Source of the DNA: Azolla caroliniana | Taxonomy: Eukaryota; Plantae; Polypodiophyta | Reading direction: 5' to 3' | Length of the DNA stretch: 64,000 bases | NCBI GenBank assembly: GCA_043228905.1 | Contig: JBHGNT010000017.1 | Coordinates: forward strand, 8,246,001-8,310,000 | Part shown: positions 48,037 through 58,579 of the stretch, piece after piece | How positions within the stretch are numbered: position 1 is the first letter of the stretch | How the letters are laid out: each line of letters opens with the position of its first letter | The notes under the pieces: model-generated | The model's database searches: none | What the model was told of the DNA's origin: nothing | Seen by the model: only the letters and a program-made list of their open reading frames with translations | Made by a program: the position numbers and the translations under genes

Positions 48037-51000
48037 TATATGAATATATTTTCATGATTTCTTGATAGATTCATGAGCCAGCTCAACTAACTAGTAGCTA
48101 TGTTGTATGTGACATCCTATTTTCAAAAGTTATTGTTGTGATATCCTATTTTTTTTCACTGATATGCTATCAATAAAGATGAGTGATGATTTTATTTTGT
48201 CTAGTAAATGCAAGTTTTACATGATATAAATTTTTGGGAAATACTCGCTATAAATATTTGTGAGTAGATATTTAATTACGTTTTAAATCTTCTTTCAAAA
48301 TTCACTAACAAATAATGTGTCAATAACCAAATCTTTCTTCACATACAAGTACCTACCTTACCTACTTTTGTCAGTTATATATTATGTTAAATGCTCATTA
48401 TTTGTCACATAATGTAACAATTAAGAAATATCTTGATTTCTCCAGTAACAAGTTCAGTTGAATTTAGCCAATGACTGGTACTTGAAATCTCCAGTAACAA
48501 GTCACGAAAAGACACTTTACATACATTGCACAAAAAGTTTGCCCAATAAATGCTATATTGATGACAAGATGTTTGACGACAAGCTAATGAGTCGGTTGAT
48601 CAATGAGCTCTACAACCCAACTTTGCCGAACTTCTTAAATGCCTGGATGTTCCAGTCATTCATCAAAGCATGTTCGGTGGTGATGACGTTCAAAGATTCT
48701 ACGACATACCTCCAAGTGCCAATCAATATGGTGAGAACAAACCCGAACAAACACCAAACCCAACACCATTTCCCCTCATAGTGAAAAGGTCACACGTGCA
48801 TGCCCTATGAGAAAACATTTGATGTTCAACCTTGGGCTCATTTCACATATAACATTTATATTTATAACTTTTCATAGATAATCTTGATTACATGGAATAT
48901 TATGAGATGTTGTTACCTTGCACACACTTGCATGATCACCAAATGGCAATGCTTGCATGAATGTTAAGTGGTGTATGGATGAGAGTGGCTGAGCATTAAT
49001 GGGTTGAACCATGTATACACAAGTGATTTAGTCATTGATGAACCATTCTAATTAAATACTAACTTCAACATATTTTTGTAATCTTGTTAATATAATTACA
49101 TTCTCCTCTTATTTTCTCTTGTCTTTTCTTATTCTCTATCATTTTATTTTGTTCTTAGCTACACCTATCAAGTGTGAGAGGTAGTATAAGAGGCATTTAT
49201 TCCTTAAACTTAACATAAACATGTGTAAACATTGATTTTGATTAGTAAACATTTTGAAACAGAAAACAAGTTAAGAGACTTTTAAATTCTAAACGCATTA
49301 GGACAACCAAGACAATCCCAAGAAATCTTTATCTATTAATTTAGTGTAGTTGATCTCGAGTGTAGAAAGAGATTTAGTCCTAAACAAAGGCCAACATGCC
49401 AACCAATTAAACTCAACGATCATCTCCCCTTTCATCACATTTAAGCACAATAGCACGCGGATGGATGCCAACACACTAAAACATGACTTGACTAGCTTAA
49501 AGTGATAGAAAAGGAGATTGAACTTTTAGTGGCCTAATTCTTTAATGGGACAAGGACAAAAGGTTTAAGACAAAATAGTGTACAGATTCACTCTAACATC
49601 ACACATCCCTAATTATTGACTATTCAAAAAAAAAAACCAACAAATCATGGAGCCCACCTTCAACTCCTTTAGGAGAGGATATATCCAACGAAGTTCTCAA
49701 AAGAAAAGATACAAGACAAACTACAGACATGAATCCAAGCCTCATTCTATAGCCAAAATCGCAAGGCAACCACCTCTTAACTTAAAAACTTTGACATCAA
49801 TACAAACCCCTATATCCCAAATGGATAGAGAGAGTGCAAACTGAGACAACCATGTATAACACTTCAAGAAAATCACCATGGCCTATGAGCTCCTCTCAAA
49901 TGTAAGAGATATAGTTGTCACTTTAGGGGGTCACTAGTGACAACTATATATATTAGACTAGAGTTTGAATTGATTTAAGGGTGATTGCTAGCTCAACTTT
50001 AGGAGGTGGATTTGAGCTTAGGTTCACCATCAATTGGCTGTCACATACACTTTGATGTGGTGGTTGGGTCTATCTACTATGTGAACTACTACTAGTGCTT
50101 GAGGGGGGATGGGACGTTGACCCATGGTGGGATGAGGGTATCTCTTTAGAATTTTGTAGGTTTAGATGTGGGTATTGATGACCTATGTGATAGCCAAGAC
50201 AAGTGGTAGATTAATGTTTTCTCTTGTTGCGTACCCTTGTGGCCTTTCTATTCATAGATGACGTTTTCTTGGGTTTGGTGTGGGATTGGTTTATTGTACT
50301 CTTTTGTTGGTTGGTGCCTATATTGGCACTTAAAGATTCTTCATGGAACCTTTGAACTTCATCACCACCAAACATGTTTCTGTGAATGATTGGCACATTC
50401 AGGCTATTAAGAAATCCCATAAAGCTTGTTGATGAATTGATTCATGAGTTTGTTGTTAGACATTTTGTCACTAGGGTTGTTGCGACAATGAAGAGTTTTG
50501 GTGTGACACATGTAATCTCTGAAAGTTTCTTTCACTTCTTGCTTAAGTGAGAATGAGTGGTGGATAGGTTTCTATTTGTTCCCTTAACGAGCAAAATTTG
50601 TCAAGAAGTTTTCAATGAAATATTCAAAGTTTGTCATCAAATCTTTTGTGAGTATTCAAAACTAGTTGCTTGCTTGGTCGTCGAGTGTGAGCCAGAATGA
50701 CACCACTTTTGTGGCCTTGGTGAGTGGTGCGTGTGCTTGACTTATTTACTTGAATCTTTCTATGTGGTCATGGGCATCTTCATACTGTTACTCTCTCAAT
50801 AAACACAGGTTGGATATCCTATCATAGAATACCCTTCACCAAAGATTGTGGTCGGAGATATGGTATTCACACTAAGTTGATTGTCGAATTGGCTACATAG
50901 ACACAATAAACGCAATAAATACATACAATGTATAGCCGAAAGATATCTCCATATTAAGCCCTTCTCTGTACAAGACACATGCCCCCTTATATAGGAAAAG

Positions 51001-51624
51001 AATGGAGAAGTTACATTGCCAGTTGACACACTGTTTCTAATCTAATAGTTACAATGTCCTTCGACATACCGTTACAAATATACTATTTACATTTTTTTCC
51101 TAATTAATACATAATTTCATTAACTATTTTGACTATAACGTATTCGACTTCACACAATATTTCTGGCTTCACACCTTTTTGGCTTTCGACTATTCGACCC
51201 CTTTTAGACTACTTTCAGCCTTTTGGCCCATTCACACTTCATTTCAGCTTTCAGCAACTTCATACCCATATGGGTAACATATCCCGAGGAAATGGAGGAC
51301 CAACATTAAAATTGAAGCGCTTTCTCCAGAATTATTTGTAAGGTGTTTCGGGCCCATGTTCCATGTCTTTCCTACTCCATCAATGAGATTAGAGTCTAAT
51401 AGATTGCAAGGCAATAACCAACTCGATGTTGGAATATGTGTTTGAGTGTGGGTTTGGCGCAGGTTGATTTTCTCCCATTCCTTGATGTGTGGACTCTTGC
51501 ATTTTCTACTATTTGGGCGGCCACTAATTGTGCTTGAGTAGGGGTTTTGACATATGGTGAGATGAGGGTTACTCTTGTAGATTCTGTATTGTTATTTCTA
51601 GGAGTGTGAGATTTTGTTGAATGT

Positions 51625-52165
51625 TGTAAAAGATTACGTGCGGAAGCTTATGCGACACACACAGAAAACACAGTCGATTATCTGGAAATACGACAGTTAG
51701 GTATGAGAGATGAGATGAGATAGTGACAAAGATGGGGCAGACAACAATAAAACTTGATTCAAAATAATCAACACTTTGTACATAAACTGTGCTTAGTGAG
51801 CACTCTTTATACAAGTCCTAGAAGGACAGACAAAAGTACCGACAAGTACTTGAATGCTCATTAACTGAGCTTGACACTAACAACCTATAATATTCCTATT
51901 TACTACAATAGGAATATAGGCCCCTAATGGCCTTTCGAATTCCATCCGACTCGGCCTAGCTGATCGGTCTTCATCTGATCTTGCTCCCGGCTTCCTTAGT
52001 TGATTCGGGCCTAGCCAATCGATGTCCATCCGATCCGGCTCCTAACTTCCTCAACTGATCTGAGCCTAGCCGATCGGTGTCCATCTGATCCGGCTCTCGA
52101 CTTCCTTAGCCGATCCAACCCAAGTTGAGCTTGCTCGCTCAACACTCCCCCTCAAGCTCAACTTG
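51625..52165 (-). mobile_element. Copia family D 3' LTR (51625-52144) with PPT
   Basis: Minus strand reads GAGGGGGAG then TGTTGAGCGAGCAAGCTCAAC; similar to the LTRs at 52609 and 54495; internal ~55-bp repeats at 51940-52115. Confidence 0.75.
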
Positions 52166-52438
52166 AGGTTCCTTGTTAGCTCTAGTTGGTACACTGCTCC
52201 AACATCTCCTGGCTTTATGCCTCCGTGCTTGCACTCCTCGACACGTCCGATTTGAGGCCCCTCGACCTGTTCAGTTGGCTTGTCTTCTGCTAAGGCCTTC
52301 GTCGGCCTTCTTCTTGCCTTCCCTAAGTCAGTTGGTATTTAAAATGACTCTTGTAACCTAGTTTTGGGGTTGTTCATTTTTTTGTTGCCATTGTAACTCT
52401 CTGAGAGAATAATACAGCCACACACTATTGCGCCTACA

Positions 52439-52608
52439 CCAAATCCGACTCTTCCTTATTCATCCAAAAAGGTCCAAGGGGTCCGGTTTGCATTCTGCTA
52501 TATGTGGACGACCTGGTTGCCACGAACCCCGACCTTGCTGAAATTGGCAAAGTCAAGTCCCAACTGTTAGACACATTCAAGATGAAGGACCTAGGGGACC
52601 TTCACTAC
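52439..52608 (+). pseudogene. Copia RT fragment
   Basis: KSDSSLFIQKG..ILLYVDDLV...FKMKDLGDLHY, like the 63198 ORF. Confidence 0.8.
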
Positions 52609-53131
52609 TCATGAGCAACCAAGCTCAACATGATCCGGATCGATGTCCAGAACGAAGATCCAGATCGGTGTTTGGAATGGAGTGTAACCGGTAGGCCGTT
52701 AGAGGCCTACGATTCTAGCCTAGTACGTAGGCATATTTTTAGGAGTCAGTGTTAGTCGCTCAGTATGAGCATTGAAGTACATGTCAGGACTTCTCTCAGT
52801 CCTTTTAAGGACTTGCATAAAAGTGCTCTCTGAGCACATTGTATGTATAGAGTGATATTTTGAATTTTAGTTTATGCTATTCTGCTCTCTCTGTCTCTCC
52901 CGCGTACTCAGTGTGTATATTGAAGCTTCCATTAAACCCGCACATATTATTTGTTGATATCAGGTGATGTCGGTTGTGTCTACGAGCTTCCGTATGTAAC
53001 TCTTTTCATGGTATTAGAGCGCGAGGGTTGAAAATCCTCTGCTGCGGACAAAAAGTGCTAAGTAGACAAAGAAAACCTAACTTTCGGTAAAGAAATGGAC
53101 AGAGGAATAGCTAGCTTGCTTCCGATGGAGA
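52609..53131 (+). mobile_element. Copia family D 5' LTR, PBS (53009-53020) and gag start, interrupted
   Basis: TGGTATTAGAGC followed by a leader similar to 54900-55020. Confidence 0.75.
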
Positions 53132-54494
53132 TGAAGAGAACAACGCGAAATATTGCTCGGCCACAACTGAGTAATGAATCACTTCAATAGAATGAAACAT
53201 AGAAATGGGAAATAGAGAGTGAACGCACGTACAAACACAAGCAATAGAGAGTACTCAAGATGTTTATGTGGAAAACCATAATAGGGAAAAACCATGGGAG
53301 CCCACAGACTCCAAACATACAATCAGAGACTTGGAGGCAACGACCTCAAGCTTAGTTTCTTTGCCGAGCGGCGGTTACAACAGAGTATTGCTTTGTATCT
53401 CCTCTCTCTCTCTCTACAACAATATATGACAACTACAACAATGTGATTGCCCTAAGTCATACTTATATGAATTTAGGGCTATTTACAAATATAGCTTTAA
53501 TAGGCTTACTCAAAACATATTTACAAATATGTCTTCTCTTCTGGTTCTCACCGGGTCCATCGATCCGGTTTTCGGATCTCTTTCGGTTCTCATTGGGTCC
53601 CCTTCATTCATAACTGGATCCCATCCGGAGGGACCGTCTTCCCAACAATCTCCCCCTTCACTTTGGCATGGGATGTCTCGCCAGCCCGATCCACTTTCGG
53701 CACGTGTCCAACTTGTCGGTTGTCAACACATTGGTCAGCATATCCGACCCGTTCTCCTCCATGTGGATCTTCGTCAGCACGAACTCTTGATCTTCTACTC
53801 TCTCCCGGATCTAGTGGTACCTCCGTTGGATATGTTTCGTTTGGGAATGGTAGGCTGCATTCTTTGCAAGGTGGATGGCACTTTGATTGTCGTAGTAGAG
53901 CTGATATTCTTCCTGTCGAATCCCTAGCTCTTCGATGAAGTCCTTCATCCAGATTATCTCCTTGCCAGCTTCCACAACTGCCATTACTCTACTTCCGTGG
54001 TTGACAACGCAACCGTCTTCTGCAGCCTCGATAGCCACGAAACAACTCCCCCTGCATAAGTCATGACATATCCGGATGTAGACCGGCTGGTATCCGCATC
54101 AACCAACATATCCGAATCCGTGAATCCGTCAAGTTGGGGATTACCAGAGTCGAACCGGAGGCACATACTCGAGTATCCACTTGACTGCGTTCCAATGCTT
54201 TTTTCCGGGAGTGCTCATGAACCGGCTCACCAGTCCGACTGCATATTCGATATCCGAACGGGTACATACCATTGCGTACATCAAGCTTCCGATGGCAGAG
54301 GCGTATGGTATCTTCATCATATCCGTCTTCTCTGCCTTTGTCCTCGGGCTTTGTTTTTCGGATAGCTTGCAGTTTGCCGGAAGTGTCGATCCGACTGGTT
54401 TCGCTTCCGACATATTGAACCGTTGAAACAACTTTGTCACGTACTTCTCTTGTGACACCTACAACAACTTCTTCGACCGGTCCTAGATGATGTG
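53132..54494 (-). mobile_element. Copia family A 3' fragment (RT end, RNase H, PPT, 516-bp LTR 53132-53647)
   Basis: IPYASAIGSLMYAMVCTR, RSTSGYV, NQSAIHLAKN..KHIQRRYH; LTR homologous to 23884. Confidence 0.88.
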
Positions 54495-57400
54495 TGTTGA
54501 GCGGCAAGCTCAACCGGATTTGGATTGGTTGAATAAGCCTAAGCCGGATTTGTGGGCTGGTGAGCTGGGGAGTTGGTTATCTGGATCAAGCAGTAACCGG
54601 AAGCCAAGTAGCAGCTAGTCTACTAGGGAGTTAATATCTCGTAGTTAGTGTCAGATGCTCGTGTGAGCATTGAAGTACACCGTACTTTTGTCAGTCCGGA
54701 TGGACTTGTATAAAAGTGTTCACTGAACACATACGATGTACAGACTGAGCAGTATTTTTTGAATTGAGTTTCAGTGTGCTCTCTCTCTCTCTCTGTCTCT
54801 CTCTCTCTTGCGTACTGTTAAGCTCTCCATTAAACCTGTTTTTTGCTTTCTGTTTTCTATTGCTTCCGCACACTATTTGTTTCTACATGGTATCAGAGCG
54901 CGAGGGTTGAAGACCTCTGCGGTCGACATTCGCTTTCGCAAGACAAACCCTATAGGTTGTGAGAACAGAACACTAGAAAAAGAAAATGGACAAAGGAATG
55001 GCTAGCTCGCTCCCGGTGGAGAAGCTCGACATATCCAACTACGCATCTTGGTCATACAAGATGCACCAGTACCTGCTTGGGCATGGTTACTAGAGCTATG
55101 TCGACAGAGCTAACGACACAGCACTTGATGCGGCACACAAGGACTTCCCGGTGTGGGAACAATTGACAAGCAAAGTGATGTACTACTTTGTGTCCAGTGT
55201 CGGAGACCAGTTGCTGAGCCAGGTCCGAGATGCCAAGACGCCAAAAGAGGCTTGGGGAAACCTAAAGAAGGTGTTCGCCGCAAGCACTACAGCCCGGAAG
55301 CTGCAACTCTGACAGGAGTTGAGGAATGTCCGGCAGAAGGACATGTCAGTGGCTGATTACACGGCCCGAATCAAAGAGATCTGTGACTCGCTTGCCTCTA
55401 TCAACGTCACAGTAGAGGATGACGAGATGGTAGAACTCTGTCTTGGGGGCCTGACGTCTAAGTTCCAACCTTTCCGGACAACAATATGTACGAGGGAGAA
55501 TATACCGTCATTTTTCGACTTACAATCGATGCTCCTTGTAGAGGAGAACCATGCCGGTGCGTCAACAAGTGCACCCACCGACAGTCGGATGCTGTACACG
55601 GAGGCGGATCGGTCCTGTGGGTGTGGTGGATGAGGCGGGTCGGCACGCACTGGAGACGGCCGGCAAGAGCAGGAAAGACGACACAGAGACCGTGCTGACA
55701 GCAGTCCCGGGACCTCCACAACCAGGGGGAGTCAAGGTGGCGCTGGAGGCCGGCAAGACAAATCCACCACGGAATGCTGGTACTGTGACAAAAAGGCCGA
55801 TAGAGAAAGTGAGCGCTAGAAGAAGCGCGCCAATTCGGACAGATCTGGATCCGGCAAAACTAGTCGGGAGAACCGACAAAGCTCGCACTACGCGCAAGGA
55901 TCGAAAGGATCCGGAACCAGGAAGATCGGTAAGGGGCCAGCCTTGGTGATGAAGCACGAGGCAAATTCGATGAAGAAGACCACTTCCAAATCAAAGGAAG
56001 TATGGTATGTTGATTCCGGTGCATCAAATCACATGACGAACCACAAAGACTGGTTCTCCTTCCCGGAGAAACCATAGATGACACTCCTCACCCAATCGTG
56101 CATATTGGTGAAGTCACTTTGAGCCACGTCGGACAGAGGGGGAAGCTGATGAATGTATTACACGTTCCGACTATCATAAAGAACCTGGTGTCGGTCGGTC
56201 AGATCGTCGACCAGGGAATGCAGGTGCGGTTTACGCACCTCGGGTGCTTCATCGAGGAGGAGGGCCAGATTATTGTGCAAGGGCGCAAAGACGGGAGGAT
56301 GTTCATCCTCGACACCAATGACATCGGCACCGCTTTATTAGCCAAAGGATTGAAGATTGAATCGGACATTGATCTCTGGCACAAGTGGATCGGCCACGTC
56401 AATTACCGGAGGCTTCAAGAACTGCAAACGAAACAAGTTGTTTTCGGTTTGCCGAAGTTCAGTGGCCGGAAGGCCCAAGTATGTGAAGCTTGTCAACTTG
56501 GGAAGCAACACCGGCTTCCATTCCCCACCGAACGAAACCGTAGCCGTAACAAGCTCGACCTTATTCATTCGGATGTATGGGGACCGGCACAGAACGTGAG
56601 TCTTGACGGGAGTCGATACTTCGTCTCCTTCATCGACGACTATAACCAACACACATGGATCTACCTCATTGAGCGGAAGAGCGAAGTATTCGACTATTTC
56701 CGGAACCTCCAAAGCATGGTGGAACGGGAATTGGAGAGGAAGATCAAGTGCCTATGGTTAGATGGCGGAAAAGAATATTTTTCCGGCCAATTCAATAGTT
56801 ATCTGCAACAAACAGGAATTCGGAGAGAGTTCAGCTGCAGATACACACCGGAGCAAAACAATGTGGCCAAAAAGAAGAACCGGTCGCTTGTCGACGCGGC
56901 AAGGGCAATGCTGGAAGAGAAGAGCATGCCCCATTTCTACTGGGTGGAGGCGGTCCGGACGGCCGTCTACATCCAAAACTGGATCGGTGACAAGGTGTCC
57001 GCACATGAGCTGTATTTCAGGCGCAAGCCGAATTTGAGACACCTTCGGATTTTCGGCAGCATAGCATATGTGCATGTGCCAGATGAGAAGCGGAGGAAGT
57101 TGGATGCAAAATCGGAGAAGTGCATCCTCATCGGCTACTCACATGAGCAAAAGGGGTATAAGTGTTATAACCCTCGGACGAAGCAGGTCCGAGTTAGCCG
57201 GGATATTGAGTTTGATGAGACGGCATCATGGTATGCATTACTGGCTCTGACTTCTGACCCCGACCTGATACTAAAGGATGAGGCTAGTGAGCCAAAACTG
57301 GTCCAGATAGAAGATGATGAATCCGAGACTCAAGAAGAGAGTCCAGAATCATTTCGGTTGAGTGGGCCGAATGAGAGACTAGGTCAATCCAACTAGTCAG

Positions 57401-58108
57401 AAGAGGAATCGATGAGTAGTGAAGACTCTGCCGTGCTCTCCCCGCACAAGGAACCGAGGAGACGGTTCACGTGCAAAGAGAAGGGGAAGAAGAAGATGCC
57501 GGATTATGAAACCGGTAATGATGAGTCGGATCAGAGCGGATCAGACTCCAAAAAGGATGAAGACAATTCTTCGGCACTGAATACCGAACCGGCCAAGAAG
57601 GGCCTCAAACCGGGTAACGGTGGGTTACGCCGGTCAACCCACCAGAAGGAACCTGTTAAGCGGTACAGGTACAACGAGTACATGACGCATCACTATGCGT
57701 ACATGACCAAGGTGGCGGAAGTGCGTGAGCCAGAGAGCTACGTAGAAGCGGCAAGGGACGCAAATTGGCGTGCCGCTATGGAGGAAGAGATGCGGGCACT
57801 TGATGCCAACGATACATGGGACCTAGTTGACCCTCCCCGTCACGGTAAACCGATCAGATGCAAGTGGGTGTACAAGGTAAAGTACAACCCCGATGGTTTA
57901 GTTAACCGGTACAACACCCAATTAGTGGCGAAGGGATACGCGCAGACCCACGAAATCGATTACGACAAGAGCTTGGCTCCGGTAGCAAAGATGATGACGG
58001 TTCGGGTAGTGCTAGCGATTGCTGCGGCAAGGGAGTGGCATCTTCACTAGATGGACGTGAAGAATGCATTTCTTCAAGGCGATCTAGAAGAAGAGGTCTT
58101 TATGACCC
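54495..58108 (+). mobile_element. Copia family D element, 3'-truncated (LTR 54495-54887, PBS 54888-54899)
   Basis: TGTTGAG...TCTACA then TGGTATCAGAGC; gag-PR-INT and RT start; cut by a gypsy LTR at 58109. Confidence 0.9.
54998..58108 (+). pseudogene. Copia D gag-pol with stops
   Basis: KLDISNYASW, CWYC..K, WYVDSGASNHM, LWHK.IGH, HSDVWGP, DGGKEY, EPESY, KWVYKVK, MDVKNAFL. Confidence 0.9.
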
Positions 58109-58529
58109 TGTTATTCTCTAGCCGGACAAGGCCTAACACAAGGTGTCACGGAGACACTTCACCAAAGGGTGATTACGGCATAGGATTAAGATTCAACGAT
58201 TACACCGACTTACATAGGTTACACGATTAGAATGCTTCGGTTAATTACACGCGTAAGATATAACAGTAATTACAGAACGGAAATCAAGACAGAAGTATAA
58301 ACAACATAAGCTCTATTAATTATCCGCTGTCATTACAATGGGGTCCGGGCCTTTAAATAGGTTTCCGGCCCGTAGTACAAAACGGTGCCTCTCGCACCTA
58401 TTCGGGATCCGTCCGGATCTGGAACGGCATATCGTTTCCAGTCCGTCCGTCCACACTATGCTCATTTACAACCATATCTAATTAATTCCTTCACTCCGTA
58501 TTTTGGACTCCTTGCCGGCCGGTAACACA

Positions 58530-58567
58530 TGGCACGCCCGTGGGACAGTACCTTGTACGTCGAACCC
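58530..58567 (-). promoter_or_regulatory. tRNA-Arg 3'-end-like motif / second PBS at the 3' LTR
   Basis: + strand reads TAACA, CA, TGGCACGCCCGTGGGAC-N13-TCGAACCC. Confidence 0.75.
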
Positions 58568-58579
58568 TTCTCGGCCCCT

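Noticed and set aside
48400-51600. Probable old TE debris, including an LTR-like stretch near 50790-51360
   Set aside because: Too degenerate to assign boundaries or family by eye.
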